Assembly (NCBI GenBank): GCA_017408825.1
Contig: JAFQTX010000027.1
Location: 39,406-103,405 of the forward strand
DNA: 64,000 nucleotides
Reading direction: 5' to 3'
From: Alistipes sp.
GTDB taxonomy: Bacteria; Bacteroidota; Bacteroidia; Bacteroidales; Rikenellaceae
Under the pieces are notes generated by a model. That model was not told the DNA's origin, searched no databases, and saw nothing but the letters and a program-made list of their open reading frames with translations. Every line of letters starts with the position of its first letter. Position 1 is the first letter of the stretch. Position numbers and translations under genes: made by a program. Shown one piece after another: positions 37,424 to 46,628 of this stretch.

Positions 37424-38443
37424 ATGCATAATAGGGTATTGGTCACTGGAGGTGCTGGATATATCGGCTCGCACACTACCGTGGAACTTATAAATGCTGG
37501 CTACGAGGTTATAGTTGTCGATAATCTCTCGAATAGCGATCGTGGAGCGTTGGAGGGTGTCCGTCAGATCACTGGCGTGGAGCCTAAGTTTATCGAGGCC
37601 GACTGTTGCGATCGAGATGCTATGCGCCGTGTGTTCGAGGAGTATGAGTTTGACTCGGTAATTCATTTTGCTGCCTATAAGGCTGTGGGTGAGTCTGTTG
37701 CTGAGCCAGCGAAGTACTATCGCAACAACATCCTGTCGTTTGTCACTATCCTTGAGCTGATGTGCGAGTTTGGGCGTAAGAACATCTTGTTCTCATCCTC
37801 GGCAACAGTCTATGGCGATGCCGACGTGTTGCCCGTAACCGAGCTTACACCTCGCAAGCCCGCAACCTCACCCTATGGTAATACCAAGCAGATGGCCGAA
37901 GATATTCTGCGAGATATGGTAGCTGCCAACGAGCACCTATCGGGCATTGCGCTGCGCTACTTCAATCCTATCGGTGCGCACCCCTCGGCACTTATCGGTG
38001 AGCTACCTCGTGGTGTGCCCAACAACCTTGTCCCCTATATCACCCAGACTGCGGCAGGCATTCGTGAGTGCCTGAGCATCTTTGGCGACGACTATGATAC
38101 TCCCGATGGCTCGTGCCTTAGAGATTATATCGACGTGGTGGATCTGGCTAAGGCTCACGTAGTAGCTATTCAGCGCCTTGTGGATGGTCGCAATAAGCAC
38201 CGCTACGAGATCTTCAACGTAGGTACTGGCCGCCCAGTGTCGGTATTTGAACTCGTGCGAGGTTTCGAGGAGGCTAACTCGCTAAAGCTAAACTACAAAG
38301 TGGCGCCACGTCGTGCTGGGGATGTTATGGCTGTATGGGCCGATACTCGACTGGCCAACGAGGAGCTTGGTTGGAGGGCTGAGCGTGAGCTGTACGACAC
38401 GCTGCGTGCTGCCTGGGAGTGGGAGAAACACCTCAGACAATAA
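37424..38443 (+). CDS. galE: UDP-glucose 4-epimerase
   Basis: VTGGAGYIGSHT, HFAAYKAVGES, FSSSATVYG, YGNTK, LRYFNPIGAH; TACATTTG promoter at 37390-37397 supports the start at 37424. Confidence 0.97.
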   Translation: MHNRVLVTGGAGYIGSHTTVELINAGYEVIVVDNLSNSDRGALEGVRQITGVEPKFIEADCCDRDAMRRVFEEYEFDSVIHFAAYKAVGESVAEPAKYYRNNILSFVTILELMCEFGRKNILFSSSATVYGDADVLPVTELTPRKPATSPYGNTKQMAEDILRDMVAANEHLSGIALRYFNPIGAHPSALIGELPRGVPNNLVPYITQTAAGIRECLSIFGDDYDTPDGSCLRDYIDVVDLAKAHVVAIQRLVDGRNKHRYEIFNVGTGRPVSVFELVRGFEEANSLKLNYKVAPRRAGDVMAVWADTRLANEELGWRAERELYDTLRAAWEWEKHLRQ

Positions 38444-38481
38444 TCTAACAGTTAGTACGTTATAACAAAAAATATGATAGT

Positions 38482-39105
38482 ATGAAGAGATTTGTTTTGC
38501 TGCTCGTTGCAGTGTTGATGATACTACCTTCGGCAGAGGCTAAGCGCCGTGAGACTCCCGAGGAGATTGAGCGTAAGACACGCCACTACTCAGGCTGGGA
38601 GTGGGGTGCTGAGGGGCGTTTCAACCTTGTGTTCTACGATATGGACTACCAGAAGGTGTTCAACGAGAGCCCAGTGAAGTCGTATCGTGCGTGGGCAAAG
38701 TTCGGCGGTAACTTTATGCTCAACGGCGGATATTTCATCAACAACAACTGGAAGGTGGGCCTCGAGCTCGGTGCGCAGATTCAGTATAACTACACAGTGA
38801 TGCCTGTGGCTGTTACTGCAAGGTATTTCTACGGCAAGCGCAAGAACTGCCTATTCAACTTTGTGAACGTCGGTACTAATATGCTCTTCAAAAATGGTGT
38901 GCGCTTTGGTGCTTTAGGCGAAGGTGGTGTTGGTGTGCGCCTTCAGTCTCCCGACAGCAAGTTCAAGTATGACATTATCATTGGCTATCAGGCAATAATG
39001 ATGAACCCAAAGCCTCAGGGCGGCGAGTTCCAGTTTAATGCAAAGGATATAAACTATAAGAAGGTAAACCAGTCGGTATATATTGGCCTCGGTATCAACT
39101 TCTAA
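38482..39105 (+). CDS. Exported protein, probable small outer-membrane beta-barrel
   Basis: Signal peptide, alternating aromatic/Gly strands, C-terminal GLGINF. Confidence 0.6.
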   Translation: MKRFVLLLVAVLMILPSAEAKRRETPEEIERKTRHYSGWEWGAEGRFNLVFYDMDYQKVFNESPVKSYRAWAKFGGNFMLNGGYFINNNWKVGLELGAQIQYNYTVMPVAVTARYFYGKRKNCLFNFVNVGTNMLFKNGVRFGALGEGGVGVRLQSPDSKFKYDIIIGYQAIMMNPKPQGGEFQFNAKDINYKKVNQSVYIGLGINF

Positions 39106-39111
39106 GCGAAA

Positions 39112-39156
39112 AACAGACAAAAAAAAGGGGGATGCACCCCCTTTTTTTTGTCTGTT
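39112..39156. terminator. Bidirectional terminator
   Basis: AACAGACAAAAAAAAGGGGG-ATGCA-CCCCCTTTTTTTTGTCTGTT between convergent genes. Confidence 0.85.
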
Positions 39157-39160
39157 AGCA

Positions 39161-40873
39161 CTACGCCTTTCGCACGTAACCCTCGACAAGTGGGATGAGC
39201 AGCATTGCGTCGAATAGTGCAAGCATCACCACAGCACCAAAAGCTCCAATCGTAAGAGCCATCGCCAACGTGTAGAGGAACGACAGGGCGTGAAGCAGCG
39301 CAAGCGCAATGCCTACCAAGTACCACTCACGAATATTTGTCAGGCGATAGAGCACGAGCGATAGGGTGGTAGCCGTTAGAGGGATGAAGAACATAAGGTT
39401 CTCGCCAATCGCAACCAGTAGCACGAGGCTGAGAATAGCAAACATGGATAGCGCACCATAGAGTGCGTTATTTGCGTTTATAGCCGTAGCTGCATCTGCT
39501 GCCGAGCTACGTACCGAGCCCAATGTCTGACGCATAATGTTGCGTCGCTTGCGAAGATATATCACTACGACAGCTGCAAGGATGAGAGCTACGCTAATAG
39601 CCATAATAGCATTATCGCCTGCGATGCCCTGAACGATGCCGAAGGGCTTGAATTGAGCCCCTGCAATAGCACTGCTCACCCATGCGATAAGCTCGCCAAG
39701 GATAAGACCACAGATGGCAACGATGAGGGTTGTAAGTGCACTACGCATAACCTTTCGACCCTGCGCACGACCACGCATAATCTCTACGACGAGAAGTGCG
39801 ACAAAGAGTGCAACCACAACGATGTTTATCGTCCAGTAGGTGCCCTTCGAGAAGTTGAAGAGTCCGAGTGCGGGGAGCGTAAAGTTTACGGTGTCGCTAT
39901 CGCTACGTAGGCTCTCGGGGTTAGAGTATTTAGCGTCTGTAAGATATGCTCGTAGTATTGGAACTATTTGTGAACCATAGTGTTGTATTGATCGCAGATT
40001 GATATTCGAGTAGTTGTCGAGGTCGGTGTGATAGTGGTTGATATCTGCCACAGTCGAGAAGTTGAAGCCGGGCACGCTATCCTTTATAATGGTGAAGTCG
40101 GTGAAGTTAGGCATAAAGCCATATACTACGGTGGTCAGCGAGTAGGTATATGGATAGTCGGCCGCCGAGGCGTATAGCTCCATAAGTCTATTGTTGCCCG
40201 GCGATGTCTCGAAGAGTAGTGCTGGACCATATGGGCCACGTGCCTCGATGTTGATGACAAGGCCGACATCGGCGAACTCCTCACGGTTGTTCTCCCACAG
40301 CGCCTTCATACCCTTCATTCCAACCTCCTCGGCATCGGTAAAGAGGATCTTGATGCCTTGCTGCCACTCATCACGATACTTGAGCGCGAGGTTAGTGGCC
40401 TCGAGTGCAATGCCAAGGCCGTAGCCATCGTCGGCTGCACCATACGACCATACGGTATCCTGTTGGGGCATGGGCTGTGAGTAGCGTGAGTCGTAGTGAG
40501 CTATGAACATCAGCTTAGGGCTACTCTCGGAGTGCTTTGCCGAGAACTCTGCGAGGATGTTAGTAGCATCAAACGTATATGTCACGTGCTTATTCTCGGG
40601 GCCTGTGAGTGCCTTATGCTCAAATAGTTTCACGGTATCGGCCCCCATAGCTGTGAGCCTTTCTACGAGGTATTCACGCACCTCGGCACGTTCCTTGGGG
40701 TGAGCTACGGAGTGGTGCTGGCGTGAGATAACCTCGATGTCACGTGCCACACGCTCTGCCGAGAACTCTGCCGAATCGGCGCTCTCGACCTGTGGACGGC
40801 TGAATAGCCCGAATGAAACAACTCCTACAACTACTGCTACGATAATAAGCGCAGCCAATCTCACTCTGTTCAT
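39161..40873 (-). CDS. M28-family metallopeptidase with C-terminal multi-TM domain
   Basis: AHYDS, GAADDGYG, TDAEEVG, INIEARG, YHTDLD; about 6-7 C-terminal TM helices. Confidence 0.9.
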   Translation of the reverse strand: MNRVRLAALIIVAVVVGVVSFGLFSRPQVESADSAEFSAERVARDIEVISRQHHSVAHPKERAEVREYLVERLTAMGADTVKLFEHKALTGPENKHVTYTFDATNILAEFSAKHSESSPKLMFIAHYDSRYSQPMPQQDTVWSYGAADDGYGLGIALEATNLALKYRDEWQQGIKILFTDAEEVGMKGMKALWENNREEFADVGLVINIEARGPYGPALLFETSPGNNRLMELYASAADYPYTYSLTTVVYGFMPNFTDFTIIKDSVPGFNFSTVADINHYHTDLDNYSNINLRSIQHYGSQIVPILRAYLTDAKYSNPESLRSDSDTVNFTLPALGLFNFSKGTYWTINIVVVALFVALLVVEIMRGRAQGRKVMRSALTTLIVAICGLILGELIAWVSSAIAGAQFKPFGIVQGIAGDNAIMAISVALILAAVVVIYLRKRRNIMRQTLGSVRSSAADAATAINANNALYGALSMFAILSLVLLVAIGENLMFFIPLTATTLSLVLYRLTNIREWYLVGIALALLHALSFLYTLAMALTIGAFGAVVMLALFDAMLLIPLVEGYVRKA

Positions 40874-40898
40874 ACTCTATATTTATTTTATATATACA

Positions 40899-40937
40899 CT
40901 AAGGGCTGACAGCCACCAGTGTCGCTATCAGCCCTTA
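40899..40937 (-). terminator. Hairpin after the transporter gene
   Basis: TAAGGGCTGA...TCAGCCCTTA stem. Confidence 0.6.
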
Positions 40938-40947
40938 ATGTTAAAAA

Positions 40948-42576
40948 TTATTTAGTCTCCTGTGCTGGAGTCTCCTGTGCTGGAGCCTGCTCGCGAGTGG
41001 TCTCCTCCACCTCAGGACGCTCAAACTTGAATGGGATGCTCTCATCAAGAGCCTTAATCTCCTCGTCGTTAAGCTCCTTCACCGTGCGGCCGTCGAACTT
41101 GGTCTTGGCAATCTCGTCACGATACATTGCAAAAGCCGCCTCGACCTCCTCCATCAAGCTCTCCTGAGTCTCATATGGGAGCTTCTCGGCCTCTACGAAG
41201 CTTGTAGCGTCGATCTTCTGGCCGTCGGCAACCTCTACAATCTTGTGGTTGGTAAGCAGCATATCCTTAATTACATGGGCCATAGAGTCCTCCTGCTCAG
41301 GAGTATCGCCCTCATTATCGGTGAATACACGGTCGCCGATACGCACCTGGTTCTCGCTTACGAACTCGATCTTTACAGGTGACGATACTGTTGCATAGCG
41401 GTCTGCACCACCCTCGAATGTTGCGGGCGTACCAAATGCAAGAGCGTAGAGTACAAACAACCAGTGTGCTGCGATACCTGCAACAAGACCACCTATGGTG
41501 TGAGCGAGGATAGCCTTTGAGGTGAGCTTACGGTAGCCAAGAGCGTCGAGCATAGCGGTGTGTGTGCTGAGATAACCGCTCCAGCACATACCGATAGCCG
41601 TAAATACTGCGATAGCATTACCATTGATGATTTGCTGAGCTGCGAACTCTGGCACAAGGCTCAACGCAGCACCTACTGCGCCCAATGATGTGATTGGGAA
41701 TGCCATAAGTGCAGGGTGCTCGAAGCCAAACAGCCACTCAAACAAGAAGTTAATCTTGCCAAATACCAAAGGCAAGAACTCGATACCCTCGTAGGCAGCA
41801 CCGTCGTAGATGCCATTGTCGCCAGTGCCAAACGTGAGGATCATCACGAGTGTTGAGATGATAAGCACGCCAGGGATGATCGAAAGACCTACATCAACAC
41901 CTGTCTTACCACCATCGAGCAACGAGTTGAGGATACGTGTAAACATCGAAGTCTCCTTCACCGACTCCGCCTCGAGCTTGTCGTTCTCATCAATAATTGC
42001 TGCCATCTCCTCCTTGAACTCTGGGTGGGCCTTGCATACGAAGTGCTGCATAAGGCGTGTAGAGCAGATACAACCGATGAATGCACCCAGAAGACCGATG
42101 AATGGCTCTACGAAGTAACCCTGTGAGATCATAAACACGATAACGAGCAAACCCATACCGAATGCTGTGCCGAAGTTTGTGAGCGATATTAGCTGAAACT
42201 TCTTGAAGTATGAACTGAAGCGCTTATCCTTAGCCAGCGAGATGATTGCTGGGTTGTCCGAGAGGAATGTCATCACTGCACCGAGCGACGCAACACCAGG
42301 AAGGTTAAACAGTGGCTTCATCAGAGGGCGAAGAATACGCTCAAGAAGGCTTACCACGCCAAACTCAACGAAGATACGTCCCAAGGCACCTGTGATAACG
42401 CAGATGGCCATAAGGTAGAAAACGGTGTTGAGCAAAAGGTCGTGAGCAGTCTTCATAATGGTGTTGAGCATGTTTGCCACGCCCATCACTGAGGCGATAC
42501 CTCCGAAGATGCCGATAACGATAATTAGACAGAAGATACCCGCAAGGTATTTCTGAAGTCTGTTCTGCTTCTCCAT
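40948..42576 (-). CDS. Gate (nucleoside-recognition)-domain membrane transporter with C-terminal soluble extension
   Basis: LRPLMKPLFNLPGVASL..TFLSDNPA, LTNFGTAFGMG, WSGYLSTHTAM; about 150 aa hydrophilic tail. Confidence 0.7.
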   Translation of the reverse strand: MEKQNRLQKYLAGIFCLIIVIGIFGGIASVMGVANMLNTIMKTAHDLLLNTVFYLMAICVITGALGRIFVEFGVVSLLERILRPLMKPLFNLPGVASLGAVMTFLSDNPAIISLAKDKRFSSYFKKFQLISLTNFGTAFGMGLLVIVFMISQGYFVEPFIGLLGAFIGCICSTRLMQHFVCKAHPEFKEEMAAIIDENDKLEAESVKETSMFTRILNSLLDGGKTGVDVGLSIIPGVLIISTLVMILTFGTGDNGIYDGAAYEGIEFLPLVFGKINFLFEWLFGFEHPALMAFPITSLGAVGAALSLVPEFAAQQIINGNAIAVFTAIGMCWSGYLSTHTAMLDALGYRKLTSKAILAHTIGGLVAGIAAHWLFVLYALAFGTPATFEGGADRYATVSSPVKIEFVSENQVRIGDRVFTDNEGDTPEQEDSMAHVIKDMLLTNHKIVEVADGQKIDATSFVEAEKLPYETQESLMEEVEAAFAMYRDEIAKTKFDGRTVKELNDEEIKALDESIPFKFERPEVEETTREQAPAQETPAQETK

Positions 42577-42597
42577 AAAGTTATGAGTTTTAGATTG

Positions 42598-43695
42598 TTA
42601 CTTTCTTACCTTGTTGATAAACTTCTCGGCTGCCGACAAAATGTCAATCTTCCACGTAAGACCTACTGTTAGGTACGACTGCTTGTTTACAGCCGTGGGC
42701 GCAGGGTTTGTGTTTGTGCCCAAGGTGTGAGCATATACAGCGTGAAGGCGAATATCACGATTGCCCTTATGGCTGAGAGGGTAGTACTCAACACCACCAC
42801 CGAGGCGTGTAATCTCACTGCCTGGGTAGAGGAAGAGTCCCGATGCATAGTTATTACCCACCTTGTCGTATGTTGCCTTTGCGAAGATGTTTACACGGTC
42901 GGCAACGAGATATGAGAACTCACCCATAATCGAAAAGTTGTCGAATAGTAGCTCACGTGCGCTCACGCCACGGTTCATCAGGTCGAGCTGAAGCTTAGCA
43001 TCGCCAAACTGGAACTGATTACCAAGCACCACATATGCATCGTACTTACCTGGAGCATATTGCGAGAAGTTCAACGAGTAGAGTGCCGAGAAGAAACCAT
43101 GCTGACCGCTCCAGTAGAGGTTATATGCAAAGTAATCGGCCTCGGCGTGGTCGTATGGGCTCTGGCAGAACTGGAATGTAAGGGTGTCGTTACCCTCGTT
43201 TGTGGTATATGCTACGCTTGCACCAAGCTGATAGCAAGCCACATTGTTCCAATACTCCGAGCAGAAATATAGCTCGATAGGTGCACGGTCGTACTCCCAG
43301 CCACCAATCATCACCACCTGTTTACCTGCCGAGATTGCCCAATTCTCCGTTGGACGGTAGGTGAGGTGTAGCCAGTCGGTGTTCTGTGCAAAGTCCGATA
43401 GGGAGTTCATGCGGTTGAAACGCTGACGCCACGAGTAGCTGAACTTTGGCGTGATCTGGCCATCCATGCGGAGGTTGAAATAACGCACCTTGAAGCCCGA
43501 GTTACCATTAATCTTCGTGCCGTCGATAGCCTCGTGGAGGTAGTCGAAACGAGCCTCGACGCCAAGGCGGAAGATCTCATTATCCTTCTGGTAGCCATCT
43601 TGCTGTGCCTGAGCCAGACCAAAGGTGAATAGTGCAGCTATGAGCAACGTAGCACGTCGAATGGTTGCACCAAGCGAGTTAGTAGTCTTTGTCAT
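42598..43695 (-). CDS. Outer-membrane porin (OprO/OprP-like)
   Basis: Signal peptide from the ATG at 43695; FSYSWRQRFN, SAGKQVVMIGGWEYD; TACCTTTG promoter at 43759-43766. Confidence 0.7.
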   Translation of the reverse strand: MTKTTNSLGATIRRATLLIAALFTFGLAQAQQDGYQKDNEIFRLGVEARFDYLHEAIDGTKINGNSGFKVRYFNLRMDGQITPKFSYSWRQRFNRMNSLSDFAQNTDWLHLTYRPTENWAISAGKQVVMIGGWEYDRAPIELYFCSEYWNNVACYQLGASVAYTTNEGNDTLTFQFCQSPYDHAEADYFAYNLYWSGQHGFFSALYSLNFSQYAPGKYDAYVVLGNQFQFGDAKLQLDLMNRGVSARELLFDNFSIMGEFSYLVADRVNIFAKATYDKVGNNYASGLFLYPGSEITRLGGGVEYYPLSHKGNRDIRLHAVYAHTLGTNTNPAPTAVNKQSYLTVGLTWKIDILSAAEKFINKVRK

Positions 43696-43818
43696 ACTTA
43701 AGTTTGCGGGGCGTGAGCCCAAAATGTGGTTAAAAATTCTTATACGTAGTACGGGGCGCAAAGGTAATACAAAATTTGAGATGCCGAGCATCAAACGTCG
43801 TATAAATGCTATGCATTG

Positions 43819-45162
43819 CTACTTTGTAGCCCTATATTTGTACTTGCCATCGGTAATCTCCTCCAACGAGAGGCTCTCGTATACCATATTGTAGCCTCCA
43901 TATGAGTGGGCACTTACACCGTAGGTCTCCTCCTCGTAGAAGAAACCGAGGTTGTTATCCTTCTGCCATATCATTGTCGAGTATGCCGAGTTGAGTGTCG
44001 ATACCTGCAACGAGCCATCCCAATCACGGGCAAGTTCGTATGGCGATACGTAGTCATCGAGCTCTGAGGCAAGTTCCTTATAGTAGATACCTACGTTGGC
44101 ACGCTGTGGGCCCATAGGCACCGACTGTAACAACAGATGCATAGGCTCATTATCAGCGGTGCGAGTTACTGGGATGACTGCCACCTCGCCATTTGTCGAG
44201 TTTTGAGTAGCTACTACGCCTCGGTTGTTTGCGCCCGAGAACTGAGCCTCATCCCACGAGCCTGTACCTGCAGCTACGTCATCGAAGGTGAAGATGTTGT
44301 AGTAACGGCCCTCGTTGTAGCGTGAGCTGATAAGGATTGTCCCATTAGGCAACTCCTCGACCTTAGGCTCATCGGCAGTGCGGTAAACGGCAGGTTCGTT
44401 AATGTCGCCAAGAACCTTCCAGCTGCCACCGAAGTCATCCGAGAAGAGCACATAGTTCATATGTGTTGCCGACTTATCACGCACCAGCACAGCGCAGTAG
44501 AGGCGGTAGTGGCTGCCTACCTTCACTGTGCTACTCTGCATTATACGGCCCGAGGCTACGAACATCGAGCGCACAGGACCATACGATGACTCATCAAACT
44601 GTGAGTATATCGACTCGGCGATATCCTCAGGAGCGCTCCAGGTCTGGCCACCATCCTCAGAGTAGAAGCGTGCGATATTTTGGTGACGCTGACGAGTACC
44701 ATTCTGGAACGATACGTTGCCTGCGCAACTCATCACAAGCACTCTATCAGACTCTCTGTCTGCCACGATGCAGGGGTCGCCATAGCCCACACTCATAAAG
44801 TCGGTGGCCTCAGCACCCTTACCCTCGATAAGTACCTTGGTGTCGCTCCACGTATGGCCGTTGTCGTCCGAGGTGCGGTAGTGTAGGTCGATACGTCCGT
44901 TATTGACAACGCCGATGTCGGAACGAACAATTCGATAGTCTACAACGGCGATAAGTCGTCCTGTTTGGGTTACGGCAATAGATGGAATACGATAGGCTAT
45001 ATCCTCGGCACTCTTTACGGCGAAGAGGTCAGTACGCTCAACCGTAGGCTGTGGTTGAGGCTCTTTGTCACCCTCGCTTGGGGTTTCGGGCTTGGTGCAG
45101 CCGCAGGCAAATGTCGAAATACCAATTAGCGTGGTAAGGAGTAGAGTAAGGCTTCTTCTCAT
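43819..45162 (-). CDS. GH33 sialidase lipoprotein
   Basis: YRIP motif; Asp-boxes SDDNGHTW, SEDGGQTW, SDDFGGSW; DEPK, ISSR, SAYS, YEE. Confidence 0.88.
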   Translation of the reverse strand: MRRSLTLLLTTLIGISTFACGCTKPETPSEGDKEPQPQPTVERTDLFAVKSAEDIAYRIPSIAVTQTGRLIAVVDYRIVRSDIGVVNNGRIDLHYRTSDDNGHTWSDTKVLIEGKGAEATDFMSVGYGDPCIVADRESDRVLVMSCAGNVSFQNGTRQRHQNIARFYSEDGGQTWSAPEDIAESIYSQFDESSYGPVRSMFVASGRIMQSSTVKVGSHYRLYCAVLVRDKSATHMNYVLFSDDFGGSWKVLGDINEPAVYRTADEPKVEELPNGTILISSRYNEGRYYNIFTFDDVAAGTGSWDEAQFSGANNRGVVATQNSTNGEVAVIPVTRTADNEPMHLLLQSVPMGPQRANVGIYYKELASELDDYVSPYELARDWDGSLQVSTLNSAYSTMIWQKDNNLGFFYEEETYGVSAHSYGGYNMVYESLSLEEITDGKYKYRATK

Positions 45163-45185
45163 AGGTCTAACTATTTTGTTTAGTG

Positions 45186-45932
45186 TTATTTACGGTAGGT
45201 GTAGTATGCTCCTGCCTGACACGTTGGCATCAGCACGATGTCGTTCACGTTCATATGTGCGGGGAGCGATAGCATCCAGTGGATTGCCTCGGCAATATCC
45301 TCACCCTGGAGTGCCTCTACGCCGTTGTAGACGCCTGCGGCACGCTGCTTGTCGCCGTGGAAGCGCACCTCCGAGAACTCGGTCTCGACCATTCCTGGGC
45401 GCACCTCGCCAACCTTTATGCCGGCCGACAGCAGGTCGGCACGCATAGCCTGTGATATGGCGTGCACGGCGTGCTTCGAGGCACAGTATACAGCACCATT
45501 CTCATAGGGCTCAGTGCCAGCGATAGAGCCTATGTTGATGATGTGGCCACCCTTGCCCGCCTCGACCATAGCACTGCTGATGATCTTGGTGACGTAGAGC
45601 AAGCCCTTGACGTTGGTATCGATCATAGCATCCCAGTCACGTGAGTCACCCTTGTCGATATGCTCAAGGCCGGCGGCGAGGCCAGCGTTGTTAATCAAGA
45701 TGTCTACACGACCAAGAGGCTTTAGATGCTCGATACACTCAGCCTCCGAGCGTACGTCGAAGTTAAGCGCTATGCACTCAGCGCCCTTAGCCTCGACCTC
45801 GGCCTTGAGTGCCTCAAGACGCTCCTTACGGCGGCCAGTGATGATTATCTGGCTATCTGGGGTGGCAAGACGTAGTGCCGTAGCACGACCAATGCCCGAT
45901 GTTGCTCCCGTTACAAGTATTCTCTTTTTCAT
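45186..45932 (-). CDS. SDR oxidoreductase (YdfG-like)
   Basis: TGATSGIG, NNAG, YCASK, PGMVETEFS. Confidence 0.92.
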   Translation of the reverse strand: MKKRILVTGATSGIGRATALRLATPDSQIIITGRRKERLEALKAEVEAKGAECIALNFDVRSEAECIEHLKPLGRVDILINNAGLAAGLEHIDKGDSRDWDAMIDTNVKGLLYVTKIISSAMVEAGKGGHIINIGSIAGTEPYENGAVYCASKHAVHAISQAMRADLLSAGIKVGEVRPGMVETEFSEVRFHGDKQRAAGVYNGVEALQGEDIAEAIHWMLSLPAHMNVNDIVLMPTCQAGAYYTYRK

Positions 45933-46047
45933 GCGAAAGAAGTTTTAAGTATATAATATTGGTTACAAATTTATAAAATTTATCGTTGATAACACCTCGT
46001 AGCCACAAAAATTTATTAACTTTGTACGTTTTAATATTTATAATGCG

Positions 46048-46608
46048 ATGAAAGAGGTACTTAAATACTACAGAGATTTCCCTAAGGAGGGTATTGTTTT
46101 TGTCGATATCATCCCCTTTATGCAGAATAAGGCGGTGTTCAAGGAGCTTATGGGGCGTGTAGGCGAGGCTTGCACAACACCCAATATCATAGCCCCAGAG
46201 GCTCGTGGTTTCTTGTTTGCAGCTCCGCTGCTTACCGAGTGCGACAGGGTTGAGAATATTGTCCCTGTGCGTAAGAGCGGTAAGCTCCCATTTGCCGAGG
46301 GTGATCTTCACGAGGTGCTTATCGAGAAGGAGTATGGTTGCGACAAACTCTACTATCGCCTTAGCGATATCGCTGCGGGTAAGCCTAATGGCGATCTGTT
46401 TGAGGTTACCATCCTCGACGATGTGCTTGCCACGGGCGGTACTGCCGAGGGTCTTGCCCAGTCGTTGGAGCGTACACACGTTGTGGTCGAGGGCAAGGAG
46501 TATGGTATCAAGGTACGAGAGTTTGTCTTTATCGTTGAGATTGAGGAGCTTGGTGGTGCTCAGCGTCTTGAGCGCATAGCCCCTGTACGCTCTATCACAA
46601 AGATCTAA
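46048..46608 (+). CDS. apt: Adenine phosphoribosyltransferase
   Basis: DFPKEGIVFVDI, PEARGF, RKSGKLP, ILDDVLATGGT. Confidence 0.88.
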   Translation: MKEVLKYYRDFPKEGIVFVDIIPFMQNKAVFKELMGRVGEACTTPNIIAPEARGFLFAAPLLTECDRVENIVPVRKSGKLPFAEGDLHEVLIEKEYGCDKLYYRLSDIAAGKPNGDLFEVTILDDVLATGGTAEGLAQSLERTHVVVEGKEYGIKVREFVFIVEIEELGGAQRLERIAPVRSITKI

Positions 46609-46628
46609 ACAGCGAATTGTCGGGTGCA

